A DNA stretch of 64,000 nucleotides. It comes from an uncultured archaeon (GTDB lineage: Archaea > Asgardarchaeota > Thorarchaeia > Thorarchaeales > Thorarchaeaceae). The stretch spans positions 160,001 to 224,000 of the forward strand of contig CAYYQL010000002.1 in NCBI GenBank assembly GCA_964473825.1, read 5' to 3'. Shown here piece by piece: positions 9,386-18,894 of this stretch (within the stretch, counting starts at the first letter, position 1; every line of letters starts with the position of its first letter). Position numbers and translations under genes: made by a program. The notes beneath the pieces were generated by a model. The model saw nothing but the letters and a program-made list of their open reading frames with translations, did no database searches and was not told the origin of the DNA.

Positions 9386-10369
9386 TCAGTCCCCGCCCAT
9401 CAATGTCTTCAGTCGTTCCATTTCTGCAAGCATCTCAGACTGGAGTGAACTCTTGGGGCCGCCGGTCTTGGGGCCGCCACTGGAAGAGGCACCAGTCGGG
9501 GAAGTAGCTTCGGGGGGACTACCACCAGGAGGACCACCGCTTGGAGGACTACCACCAGGAGGACTACCGCTTGGAGGACTACCACCAGGAGGACTACCGC
9601 TTGGAGGACTGCCACCAGGAGGACTACCGCTTGGAGGACTGCCACCTGGGGGACCACCGCTTGGAGGACTGCCACCTGGGGGACCACCGCTTGGAGGACT
9701 ACCACCTGGGGGACCACCGCTTGGAGGACTACCACCTGGAGAGCCTACCCCAGACGGTTGGGGTTCTACAGACTTGGCTTCGCCCGGTACACCAACGCTC
9801 GGGGGGCCGCTCTCGTCTGCTTCAACGGCCTTGCCCGACATGGCTTCAAGTTTACGTAGATAATCAGATCGTGCTCGATCAACCGCAGAGGAAGAGTCAA
9901 GCATCTCCTTGAATTGTTCATCCTTCGCAATAGCCGCACGCACCGCTTCCATCCTTTGCTGATATGTAGACACAAGTTTTTGCCTCATATCTTCACTCAA
10001 ATCTTCCAAGTCTGAGTAGTACTCGATTGCTGCTAGGGCCTGCTGTACAGCATTCTCTTCGATTTTCAAGAAGATAAGAGCGTCTGAGGGATTTTTGATG
10101 TAGCTCAGTTTCTTGGCTCCAGAGATGCCGCTTGAAATATCCCCGGTCGATGCAACGATTCGTTGAATGCCAATCGCTACGTCATCTCGTGTTGAGGTTC
10201 GCTTACGTACTACCAATACAAGTATGATGACCAATAGCGGTACGACTGTCAAGATATAGAACCACGCAATCGGGCCAAATGGTATTCCCAGAGGCTGGAG
10301 GGTATCTGATATGGAGCGGAATAAATCGACGATGAGTCTCGTGAACTCAGTGTAAGGGGAGGTTTGCAA
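9386..10369 (-). CDS. Single-pass membrane protein with helical domain, Pro/Gly/Ser repeat linker and C-terminal amphipathic helix
   Basis: TM WFYILTVVPLLVIILVLVV followed by RKR; (GGSPPSG[G/S]PP) repeats; tail SSLQSEMLAEMERLKTLMGGD. Confidence 0.8.
   Translation of the reverse strand: MQTSPYTEFTRLIVDLFRSISDTLQPLGIPFGPIAWFYILTVVPLLVIILVLVVRKRTSTRDDVAIGIQRIVASTGDISSGISGAKKLSYIKNPSDALIFLKIEENAVQQALAAIEYYSDLEDLSEDMRQKLVSTYQQRMEAVRAAIAKDEQFKEMLDSSSAVDRARSDYLRKLEAMSGKAVEADESGPPSVGVPGEAKSVEPQPSGVGSPGGSPPSGGPPGGSPPSGGPPGGSPPSGGPPGGSPPSGSPPGGSPPSGSPPGGSPPSGSPPGGSPPSGGPPGGSPPEATSPTGASSSGGPKTGGPKSSLQSEMLAEMERLKTLMGGD
9513..9741. repeat. Coding tandem repeat, 30-bp unit (15-bp sub-period), about 7.5 copies
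   Basis: ttggaggact(a/g)ccacc(a/t)gg(a/g)ggac(t/c)accgc repeated head-to-tail with no spacers. Confidence 0.95.
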
Positions 10370-10607
10370 TTGGTATCACCTAGTAGTACATATCGACATA
10401 GATGCAAGCTTATGTGCGGTATTTTAGCTTTCTCGTGGGTATTTTATTTTGTATCACGCAGGTGTGACACGGATAGGGTCGATTAGTGGTTTGTGGTTAA
10501 CCCCTATGTTCGCACGAGCACTCATAAACATGTGTGTGATGCCACCACTAACGAACCACCGAGAGAATAGCTTTTAAGGTCAACACCTGCTCAGTTGCTT
10601 CAGAACT

Positions 10608-10740
10608 GCCCCAGTAGCAAAGCGGCCCGCTGTAGTTCTGTGCTACAGGCCGAAACTGCGCCTGACTTGTATGTCAGGAAGCTACTAGCCCTGACCACGA
10701 AATCAGGAGATCGCGAGTTCAAATCTCGCCTGGGGCTCCA
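10608..10740 (+). tRNA. tRNA-Thr(TGT) with two introns: D-loop 20b/21 (10629-10654, 26 nt) and 37/38 (10672-10701, 30 nt)
   Basis: GCCCCAG/CTGGGGC acceptor stem; D-loop BHB AG-CGGC-CCG-CTGTAG / CTACAG-GCCG-AAA-CT; anticodon BHB with one mismatch; TTTTAAG at about 10572; CCA encoded. Confidence 0.9.
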
Positions 10741-10787
10741 CTATCTTCGTACTTGAGTATCAGCTCGAAGTGTCACTGGTTCCTCTG

Positions 10788-12005
10788 TCATGCTTGTGAA
10801 TTCATTCTCTTTGCAGCGGTCTCGAGCGCTTCAATCAGGGGTAATTTCTTGCCAGTCATGAAGTCCATAGCAGCGCCACCACCTGTACTGATGTGAGTGA
10901 TTTCATCAGCAAGGTTCATCGTTTCTGCCATTGCACCAAGGTGGCCTCCACCAACTACGGTGATGCATTCGCATTCAGCCATTGCTTGTAGCACAGCAAT
11001 GGTCCCGCGGGCGAATTGCTCCTTTTCAAAGTAGCCCATAGGACCGTTTGCAAAAGCTATACCCGCTTTGTCTATGGCCTTGGTGAAGGCCTCTGTAGTC
11101 CTCGGACCAATATCATAGAGTGGATCACCACCGGTTTCATCAAATTCACACTCTACACGATTGCCATTTCGCTCCACTGCTGCATCAATCGGAAGCTGAA
11201 TTGCGTTCTGGTATTCCGAAAGGAGATTCTTGGCTACTTGTATCAAAGACTCGTAGTCCTTTATTGGTTCGGCATAGTGCTGTGGGATTTTGCCTGCGGC
11301 GACCAAGAATAGATTCCCGATAAGACCTCCGACTAGAACGGCATCTGCCCGTCCGGTTTCCAGAAGAGTATTGACAATCTTCAGTTTATCAGCAACTTTG
11401 CTGCCCCCCAGAACAAGAATCCAAGGATGTTTCTCCGATGAGAGAACCTCTGATAGTGTTCGTATTTCCATTTCCATTAGACGGCCTGCAACCGAGGGCA
11501 GATAAGGTGTGAATCCCACGACGGAAGCTTGAGAGCGATGTGCCGCCCCAAATGCATCGTTGACAAAGAGGTCAAAGAGTGGATATAATTCCTGTACGAT
11601 TGGTTCCTGAGACACCTCTTCTACAGGAGCCTTCTTCATCTCTCCGTCAAACATCCTGACATTTTGGAGAACAAGGATTTCGCCAACCTTGACCTTTTGA
11701 ATTGCATCCTTTGCAGCATGCCCAAAGATGTCATCAATGAATTGGGCATCGAGGCCAAGGTCTCTCATAATTCTGGCATGCTGCTCTAATGATATGAAGT
11801 CATCACTGCCGGGACGTCCTTGGTGGGCCATGAGGACAACCTTGCTTTTTCGGAGCTCTTCTAGAGTTGGAATTGCTGCTCTGATTCTCGAGTCGTCAGT
11901 AATCTCTTTCGTGTCGGGATTCACGGAGCAATTGATGTCGACACGGACGAGAACCCGCTTTCTCTCATATTGTACGTCGTCGAGTGTCTTGAAGGGGAGA
12001 TTCAT
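10788..12005 (-). CDS. pgk: Phosphoglycerate kinase
   Basis: RVDIN, AHQGRPG, NDAFGAAHRSQAS, LGGSKVADK, NGPMG, HISTGGGA. Confidence 0.97.
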   Translation of the reverse strand: MNLPFKTLDDVQYERKRVLVRVDINCSVNPDTKEITDDSRIRAAIPTLEELRKSKVVLMAHQGRPGSDDFISLEQHARIMRDLGLDAQFIDDIFGHAAKDAIQKVKVGEILVLQNVRMFDGEMKKAPVEEVSQEPIVQELYPLFDLFVNDAFGAAHRSQASVVGFTPYLPSVAGRLMEMEIRTLSEVLSSEKHPWILVLGGSKVADKLKIVNTLLETGRADAVLVGGLIGNLFLVAAGKIPQHYAEPIKDYESLIQVAKNLLSEYQNAIQLPIDAAVERNGNRVECEFDETGGDPLYDIGPRTTEAFTKAIDKAGIAFANGPMGYFEKEQFARGTIAVLQAMAECECITVVGGGHLGAMAETMNLADEITHISTGGGAAMDFMTGKKLPLIEALETAAKRMNSQA

Positions 12006-12214
12006 ATCGCCACGCACTCCTCATCATCACGGTTTGATAGCCATTATGATGATACTTTGGAAATGTAATAGTGCCTACACAAAAACCTACCTGATTAGAA
12101 ACAACTTGATTTCAGACGACGAGTCTGATGCAAGTCCGCATCCTGTTATACTCATGATAGGAGTGCCTTCGCAGACAGTGTAGATAGATTGACGGATTCC
12201 TTGTAAAAACAGAG

Positions 12215-12379
12215 TGGTGCCGCAGGAGGGCACCTCGCACCATCACCAAGAAGTGATAATGATTCGATCCCTCGACTTCGAGATGCCTCATCAGGCGCAG
12301 TCTCAATGACCCCAATAGTTTCTTGGGAATTCCAAGAAGATTATGAGTCTCGCGCCCCACCAGGCTAGGCTACTGCGGC
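12215..12379 (-). tRNA. Elongator tRNA-Met(CAT) with two introns: 37/38 (12285-12341, 57 nt) and T-loop 59/60 (12232-12262, 31 nt)
   Basis: GCCGCAG/CTGCGGC acceptor stem, CGAGA/TCTCG anticodon stem, BHB CTCA/TGAG; second BHB in T-loop with CATTATCAC/GTGATGGTG helix; CCA encoded. Confidence 0.88.
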
Positions 12380-12519
12380 AGGTTAGAACTCATCTTGAAG
12401 TCTAGCAAGCAAGCACACCGGATTTCTCTAATTAAGGTTGTCCTCAAGTCAGAGAAACTCACTCCATTGAAGTGATTTTTGAATCGAACACGCTTGGTCT
12501 GAGATTGCTTTTGCCGCCG

Positions 12520-14439
12520 CTATTCCTTCCTCAATACTCGTTGGACTTCTTTCTCTAGCATCTCCTTGACTTTCTTGCCATCTGCCTTTCCTTTTAGCTC
12601 TTTCATGGCAATTCCCATCAGCCCACCAACGGAGCGTTCTCCCTGTTCCTGAATGAAGTCAGTTCGATTCTCAACAATTTTCTGGATGATGGCGCTGATT
12701 TCCTGATCAGCAACCATCTGAAGGTCCAGAGCACTGACTGCGTTAGCTAGATTATGATCGGGATTCTCCGCTAGGTATGAGAGAATGTCGGGCAGAGCTT
12801 CTGCTGAGATTTCCTCAGCCTCTATTGCATAAAACACCTGGAGAATCAGATCTTCACTGATATTCTCCACAGGAACGCCCTCACGATTAAGGCTAACCAA
12901 TGTGTTTTCCAGCGTAACAGCGACTAAGGTCGGGGAAACCTCTGTTTCATCTATTACTCTCTCAAAAGTATCGAGATTCAGAGAGCGTACGATGAGAGAT
13001 GCTAGCTCTTCGCTTAGGTCAAGTGTTTCAACAAAGCGTTTCTTCTTCGACTTCAGAGATTCTGGCATGCTGGAAAGAATACGCTTGTGCCGTGAATCCG
13101 TAATCTTGACTGGACGTACATCTGTTTCGGGGTACATCCGTTCCGCCCCTGGACGGGGACGAGCATAACGAGTTGTACCATTTGGTAGTGGAGTGCGTGT
13201 TTCCGCCGGTACGCCCTCCAGTGCTCTCTTAGCACGGTCCAATACAGCCGTGAAGCTATCCGTTCCGCTTTCCTCGTCTGCAACTACGAGGACTACTGCG
13301 TCTTGGGATTCTGCAGATACAGCTGTTCTTAGCCCCTTTATCTCGTCTGCTGAGATTCCATACGCTGGTAGTTCGTCGGTGTGAAAGATGCCCCCGACTC
13401 CACCCCAGAATTTCGCATAGTCTGAGAACTCCGTTCCGAGTCGCCTCTCTGGCTGAATCTCCCGTCCTATCAAACCAGCAAATCCCGGCAGACAGATAGC
13501 ATAGGCTCTGTCACCTTTTTGGAGAGCCCGTTTGATGGTTCTTGATTCTGAGTTCTGGAAGACCGATGAAACATTAGTAATCTCTTCTCCGATGTCTTGA
13601 GATTCGATTCCTCTTTCTCTGAGATTATGAGCAATTTCTAGGAGATTTTTCTGCCGAAGGGCTTCATTCTCTACAATACTGGCAAGCATGTCAAGTTGCT
13701 GGAGACCCTTGATCTCAGTTATTGCTCCACCCTTGATTGATACATTAACATCTTGTCTGATACTTCCAAGCCCTCTCTTCACCTTCTTTGTGGACCTGAG
13801 CAAGAAACCGATAGTGAGCGCCACTTCTTGTGCTTCCTGAGGTGTGGAGATGTCAGGTGCCGTTGCAATCTCGATGAGAGGAATTCCTAGTCTGTCGAGA
13901 CGATAGGTACGTATGTTCTTCTTCTCATCCTCATCTGTCTTACGAGCGGCATCCTCCTCAAGGCAGATTGTCTGGATACCGATTGGTTTGTCATTGACTA
14001 ATATACTGCCCCCCATGGCTATGACAGCAGTTCTCTGAAATCCCGTTGTGTTGCTACCATCAATCACTATCTTTCTCATCGGGTGGATTTCATCCATAAC
14101 ATTAGAATCCAAGAAATGAGCCATTATTAGGGAAATATCTATTGACTCTTCATCAATCTCGTGAGGTGGTTCTTCATCTGCCTCGACCAAGCAGGTCGTG
14201 CTGTTGTAATACTCGTAATAGAAGAGCTTCTTTCGCTGGAATTCGAAGAGTGCTGCAGGATCAATTTCTCCGAGTTCGCTTTGTGTAGGGCGTAGGCGTC
14301 GTAAGAATCCACCGTCTGGTTCATCATCTCGTATTACTGTTGGGCAGTGACAGAATAGCTTCCTTGTAGTTTCAAGTTGTTGGTGAAGTTCAAGCCCGAC
14401 CTTCAGCCCTAGCTTCTCGAAGTCAAGGGCGTCCGTCAT
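12520..14439 (-). CDS. gatE: Glu-tRNA(Gln) amidotransferase subunit E
   Basis: GLKVGLELHQQL, RRLRPTQSELGEID, DGSNTTGFQRT, RPGAERMYPETD; start reassigned to MTDAL. Confidence 0.97.
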   Translation of the reverse strand: MTDALDFEKLGLKVGLELHQQLETTRKLFCHCPTVIRDDEPDGGFLRRLRPTQSELGEIDPAALFEFQRKKLFYYEYYNSTTCLVEADEEPPHEIDEESIDISLIMAHFLDSNVMDEIHPMRKIVIDGSNTTGFQRTAVIAMGGSILVNDKPIGIQTICLEEDAARKTDEDEKKNIRTYRLDRLGIPLIEIATAPDISTPQEAQEVALTIGFLLRSTKKVKRGLGSIRQDVNVSIKGGAITEIKGLQQLDMLASIVENEALRQKNLLEIAHNLRERGIESQDIGEEITNVSSVFQNSESRTIKRALQKGDRAYAICLPGFAGLIGREIQPERRLGTEFSDYAKFWGGVGGIFHTDELPAYGISADEIKGLRTAVSAESQDAVVLVVADEESGTDSFTAVLDRAKRALEGVPAETRTPLPNGTTRYARPRPGAERMYPETDVRPVKITDSRHKRILSSMPESLKSKKKRFVETLDLSEELASLIVRSLNLDTFERVIDETEVSPTLVAVTLENTLVSLNREGVPVENISEDLILQVFYAIEAEEISAEALPDILSYLAENPDHNLANAVSALDLQMVADQEISAIIQKIVENRTDFIQEQGERSVGGLMGIAMKELKGKADGKKVKEMLEKEVQRVLRKE

Positions 14440-14440
14440 A

Positions 14441-15793
14441 TCAGATGACCTCCTTTGGCGGCTGATATTCTTGCATTTCAGTTCGCATTTCAATCTCACC
14501 CACGTGAGAAAGAGTCATAAGCTCCTCTACTTTCTCAGACGTCCTCTCATTGGCCAATAGCCACATCAGTTTCACCAAGGCTGTTTCAGCAAGTGTGTCC
14601 TGGAGGGGGATGACGCCCATCTCAAGGAGCTCTACGCCGGAACGATATACGTCCATGTTGACACGTCCCCAGATGCATTGTGATGTCATGCCAACAACTA
14701 GTCCTTCATCAATAGCATTCTGTATTGCAGGATAAAGGCCGTTCGGGGTGTGACCCAAGCCTGAGCCTTCTAGAATCAGGCCCTTATGTCCCGTGGAGAT
14801 AATATTCTCAATGAAAGTTGCCTGTATTCCGGGGTATGTCTTCACGAGGGCAACCTTCTCCTCGAATCTCGGTTTAACTCGGAGTTTCCTTTCCTTGGCG
14901 CGGTGAAATAGTGGAGGTGATAGTTCGGTAATCTGAGGAGGATCAATTCGATAGAGGGGACGACTATTGATGGAACGGAAGGCGTCACGGCGACTGCTGT
15001 GGCATTTGCGCACTCGAGTACCTCGATGTGCAAGGAGAGCTTTGTCATCGGTTTGCCCGTGCATCACAACCATAACTTCTGCCACATCTGTATTACCGGC
15101 CAAATCAATGGCCCCTGTGAGATTCAGTGCCGCATCTGATGAGGGTCTATCCGAAGATCTCTGTGAACCTACAAGAGCCACAGGCACCGGAAGGTTTTGG
15201 AGTGAGAAGGAAAGGGCTGCTGCTGTGAAGGCAAGGGTATCCGTGCCGTGTGCAATCACGACACCATCAACCCCTGCACGTATTTCCTTAGCCACAGCTC
15301 TTGTGATTTTTGACCAGTCGGATGGATAGATATTCTCAGAAAGGCGGCTCATGATGACTTTGGCCCTGATGTTGGCTCTTTCTCCTAGTTCTGGAACAGT
15401 ATCATGTAGGTCCTGCACAGATAAGGCGGGGTTAACTGCACCGGTTTGATAATCAACTTTGCTTGCAATGGTTCCCCCGGTACTCAGGATTGAAACAGTG
15501 GGCAGGTCCTTCTTGGGTTCAAGCTCAATCTTATCACGATGATGTCTTCTTCTTGCTCTTTTGATCTGTCGAATTGAAGCTTTCTTGTCGATCCGGATGC
15601 CCGTGTTGTATCCGCTATCTAGTTTGATGACAATATGTTCCGGGTCACTTCCGATTTGAGCCCGGGGCATGAGTATACCAGTAAGATCTCTAGTATCAGT
15701 GACAACCCTGATGGTATCGCCAACTCTCGCATTTGCTTGCTGCAATTTCTTCAGAACAACGCCAGCATACCCGGAACTATCTAATCCTGACAT
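14441..15793 (-). CDS. gatD: Glu-tRNA(Gln) amidotransferase subunit D
   Basis: TGGTIASKVDY, HGTDT, GSQRSSDRPSSD, asparaginase-like; adjacent to gatE. Confidence 0.97.
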   Translation of the reverse strand: MSGLDSSGYAGVVLKKLQQANARVGDTIRVVTDTRDLTGILMPRAQIGSDPEHIVIKLDSGYNTGIRIDKKASIRQIKRARRRHHRDKIELEPKKDLPTVSILSTGGTIASKVDYQTGAVNPALSVQDLHDTVPELGERANIRAKVIMSRLSENIYPSDWSKITRAVAKEIRAGVDGVVIAHGTDTLAFTAAALSFSLQNLPVPVALVGSQRSSDRPSSDAALNLTGAIDLAGNTDVAEVMVVMHGQTDDKALLAHRGTRVRKCHSSRRDAFRSINSRPLYRIDPPQITELSPPLFHRAKERKLRVKPRFEEKVALVKTYPGIQATFIENIISTGHKGLILEGSGLGHTPNGLYPAIQNAIDEGLVVGMTSQCIWGRVNMDVYRSGVELLEMGVIPLQDTLAETALVKLMWLLANERTSEKVEELMTLSHVGEIEMRTEMQEYQPPKEVI

Positions 15794-15877
15794 ATATCAT
15801 ACGCCTCTGGGATGTCAAGCCGACTGCAGTTGGGCTTGGACATAAATGTTCGCCAATTAATATAATGGGGTGTTGCA

Positions 15878-16441
15878 TCATATCAGACTGAAGATGACCG
15901 ACAGACCGATAACAACGAATACAGTTCCTGTCGCAATCTGCACTTTTCTAATGGGAAGCCGTTCTGCCATCCTATCTCCTGCAAATGCACTTATTCCGTT
16001 TAGAAGAAGAAAACTGACAAAGGAACCCACAAATACGGCAATTGGAAACGCTGACTGTGCTGCGAGACCTAGAATCGCGATTTGACTCTTATCACCTAGC
16101 TCCGACAATAGAATCAAAGAGAACATGCTGAACATGCTCTTTGGACTATCACAGTACTCAGATAGGTCACCATCCCTATAGATGAGCGTGTGCAGGCCCA
16201 TGATTACGAAAAGGATGCCTGATACATACAAGATAATCTGGATTGGTAGTGCGAATGACAGGATTACAGCAACAATAATGGCAAAACCAGAAGCAACAGC
16301 CAGTGCTAGTATTGAGGAAAGAATCACTGATGCGGGTCGTCTGAACTTGGCACCAAGACAGAGTGTCGTGAGCATCGTCTTGTCACCCAGTTCGGTAAGG
16401 AGAATGATTAGTGTGGTTGAAAGGAAAGTCAATATTGGCAT
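15878..16441 (-). CDS. GDT1/TMEM165 (UPF0016) Ca2+/Mn2+ transporter
   Basis: Two ELGDK(T/S) motifs in a hydrophobic two-repeat protein. Confidence 0.92.
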   Translation of the reverse strand: MPILTFLSTTLIILLTELGDKTMLTTLCLGAKFRRPASVILSSILALAVASGFAIIVAVILSFALPIQIILYVSGILFVIMGLHTLIYRDGDLSEYCDSPKSMFSMFSLILLSELGDKSQIAILGLAAQSAFPIAVFVGSFVSFLLLNGISAFAGDRMAERLPIRKVQIATGTVFVVIGLSVIFSLI

Positions 16442-16489
16442 TATATTTTCGTCCTCTGGAACCTCGTGAGGCTAAGATGGTCTGAAAGT

Positions 16490-17818
16490 TCACTTTGAGA
16501 GATACTCTGATTGCATTTCTTTGGTGAAACCGTTCTCCTTGATTATATCTCTGAAGAGATATGCGCTCTCTCTAGGGATACGCTCAAGCGTGTCATAGTC
16601 GATTTCAATCAGGCCGAAATGGCTCTCAAATCCCTGGGCCCATTCAAAGTTGTCAGTAAGAGACCACACAAGGTAGCCTCGGATGTCAGCACCCTTCTGA
16701 ATGACTCGATGGACCTGCTGAAGATGTTTCAGGATATACCTGCAACGAAGATGGTCGTCTTGGGTACCAATACCGTTCTCTGTGAGAAAGATGGGGGTCT
16801 TATACTTCTCCCAGTATGATTTCAAGACATGATAGTAGCCTTCGGGGTACACTTCCCAGTCTAGCCCCTCACATCGCTCAAGCTCTGGATCCTTCGGAGG
16901 GGTTTCGCCAGTCATGATATCATATTCAGAGGAAACTACCATACGGCTATAGTAGTTGATACCGATAAAATCGGCAGAATCATCGAGGAGAGCGTATCTG
17001 CTTCCATCGCCAGCGGGCTCCGGAATAGTCGAGGTCATCACACCACGAATCCAGACATGATTATACAAATCGTCCAAGTAGCCTGCCAACTCCACATCAT
17101 CAGGATTCTCAGGATCTTGGGGCATGAAATATGTACAGCTGAGTACTGGTGCAATCTGGGGCGGTTCAAGTCCTTCTGATTCATACACCTCACGGATTCC
17201 TGTGGCAGCATGTCCATGTGCCCTTAGCAGGTTCCCGGCTACGGCTAATGCTTTTATATAGTCATTAAGACCTGGTGGGAATTCGCCGTATAGATACCCC
17301 ATTGTGACAACAACCATGGGTTCATTGATTGTGTTCCAGATGATGTCATAATCTGATAGAGCATCGACAATTTTCCGAGTGTATCTACCAAAGAGCCCCG
17401 GACTTTCAGGATTCAACCACGCATCCATATCACGGAACCAGATTGGATTTGTGAAATGATGAAGAGTCACCATAGGTTGGATATCACGTTCGATGAGCGA
17501 TTGCACAACCTTGCGATAGTGCTCTATCCCTCTCTCATCCCACTTCCCCGGACGAGGCTCTATGCGACTCCATTCGATGGAAAACCGGTGAACTTGGTGC
17601 CCGAATTTCCTCGCGAGGTCAAAGTCCTCTTCATAGCGATTATAGTGATCACAGGCAATTTCTGAGGTCTTGCCATCACGTATCTTCCCAGGAATCTTTT
17701 CCCATTCGCGCCAATCGTTTCTGTTTCCCCCCTCAGTCTGATGAGAGGAGGCGGCACTTCCCCACAGAAACCCCTCTGGGAATTCTAAATCTCTATAGGT
17801 CATAGTTGTTCTCTCCAA
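16490..17818 (-). CDS. Glycoside hydrolase family 1 (beta-glucosidase/galactosidase)
   Basis: FPEGFLWG, RFSIEWSRIEP, TINEP acid/base and LTENG nucleophile, DNFEWAQG. Confidence 0.95.
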   Translation of the reverse strand: MERTTMTYRDLEFPEGFLWGSAASSHQTEGGNRNDWREWEKIPGKIRDGKTSEIACDHYNRYEEDFDLARKFGHQVHRFSIEWSRIEPRPGKWDERGIEHYRKVVQSLIERDIQPMVTLHHFTNPIWFRDMDAWLNPESPGLFGRYTRKIVDALSDYDIIWNTINEPMVVVTMGYLYGEFPPGLNDYIKALAVAGNLLRAHGHAATGIREVYESEGLEPPQIAPVLSCTYFMPQDPENPDDVELAGYLDDLYNHVWIRGVMTSTIPEPAGDGSRYALLDDSADFIGINYYSRMVVSSEYDIMTGETPPKDPELERCEGLDWEVYPEGYYHVLKSYWEKYKTPIFLTENGIGTQDDHLRCRYILKHLQQVHRVIQKGADIRGYLVWSLTDNFEWAQGFESHFGLIEIDYDTLERIPRESAYLFRDIIKENGFTKEMQSEYLSK

Positions 17819-17852
17819 GTAGGCAACCGGTCTGTTTCATAAGAGTTGCTGA

Positions 17853-17972
17853 TGGTGCGGGAGGAGGGATTCGAACCCTCGGACTCCTTCGAGAGCGGAT
17901 GACTCATTCCTTGACCCCGTAGTTCATCAGATCTTAAGTCCGCCGCCTTTGACCGGGCTTGGCAACTCCCGC
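17853..17972 (-). tRNA. tRNA-Leu(TAA) with 32-nt intron at 37/38 (17901-17932)
   Basis: GCGGGAG/CTCCCGC acceptor stem, long variable arm, BHB CTTA/TGAG, CCA encoded. Confidence 0.93.
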
Positions 17973-18051
17973 ATGAGTAATCTATTGCGCCTTGCACTCC
18001 GCACGTGTACTCTTCAAGGTTGCTAGAACAGATGAAGAAGTCCGGAGTGTA

Positions 18052-18157
18052 TGGTGGGGCGGGCCGGATTTGAACCAGCGACCGTCGAGAACAGCGAGAA
18101 TCTCGTCTGTTTTCTCGGTGTAAGCGAGACATCATAGCCGAGCTAGACTACCGCCCC
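18052..18157 (-). tRNA. tRNA-Val(TAC) with 28-nt intron at 44/45 in the variable region (18084-18111)
   Basis: Intact anticodon arm TCTCG-CTTACAC-CGAGA; removing a relaxed BHB (CGAG/CTCG helix) restores the AGGTC variable loop; CCA encoded. Confidence 0.88.
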
Positions 18158-18216
18158 GATGAAGAACGGCCTCATCTTCCGAAGTGTGAAGATGATGTAT
18201 CCAATAAAAGAATTCC

Positions 18217-18894
18217 CTAGTGACGCCGTGCGATTATATGGAATTCGTGCTTCGAATCCGATAGTACGAGTGCCTTGATATCCGAGAAGCCGATTTCAAC
18301 CAACTTTGAGTGTATCTGCTTAGCAGAATCCTGATGGAAGTCCATCTTGATGGCTAGGACGAGCCAACCAGCATCTTTCAGAAAACGAGCATATCTTTGT
18401 GCCAGCCGAAGTGTTCCGTCTGGTTTCGTGGTCACATCAATGAGCAATGTTTCAAGCTCGCCCTCAGAGCATACGGCTTTCGGGTCGATTGAAAATGCAT
18501 CACCAATTACGACAGAAATATTGTCGTATTGCTTGGCAATTGTAAGTAGATTCTCTGCAAAACTATCTGAAATCTCGATTCCAATGCAGTTCGCTCCAAT
18601 CTTTGAGCAATAGAGAAGAAAGCCCCCAGCTGAGCTTCCAATGTCTAGGACCATGTCCCCTTCTTGAATTATCCCCGACCCAAAGCTGTCATTGATTCGC
18701 CTGAGTTTCTCAAATCCGAGCGGATAGTCCAGATAATCCGAAAGGATTCGGACAGAATCGCTATCGTCTATGTCTGTTGATGGTTTGGCAGGTTGTCCAT
18801 TTACTAGTATATGACCGGAATTGATTCCTCTCTTTGCAGTCTGTCTGGACGAGAAATGACCCTCTTCTACCAACCATCGGTCAAGCCTTGTCAT
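18217..18894 (-). CDS. TlyA-like RNA methyltransferase (S4 + FtsJ-type SAM domain)
   Basis: MTRLDRWL...SRQTAK S4 domain; LDIGSSAGGF SAM motif. Confidence 0.85.
   Translation of the reverse strand: MTRLDRWLVEEGHFSSRQTAKRGINSGHILVNGQPAKPSTDIDDSDSVRILSDYLDYPLGFEKLRRINDSFGSGIIQEGDMVLDIGSSAGGFLLYCSKIGANCIGIEISDSFAENLLTIAKQYDNISVVIGDAFSIDPKAVCSEGELETLLIDVTTKPDGTLRLAQRYARFLKDAGWLVLAIKMDFHQDSAKQIHSKLVEIGFSDIKALVLSDSKHEFHIIARRH

Noticed and set aside
9513-9741. 30-bp repeats as a CRISPR array
   Set aside because: No unique spacers; in-frame coding tandem repeat with codon-level variation
9315-9912. Repeat-rich alternative-frame ORFs (GGLPP, EDYH, VVLQA repeats)
   Set aside because: Stop-free shadows of the tandem repeat; only the minus-strand 327-aa frame has coherent flanking domains
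12040-12095. ATGATGA...CTGA as another C/D sRNA (similar weak case near 20380-20425)
   Set aside because: No convincing terminal stem, internal boxes or identifiable target; lies in a probable promoter region
12112-12360. Short ORFs over tRNA loci (also 3860-4123, 7868-8140, 17800-18135, 51693-51944, 59238-59495)
   Set aside because: They overlap intron-containing tRNA genes and have no protein motifs
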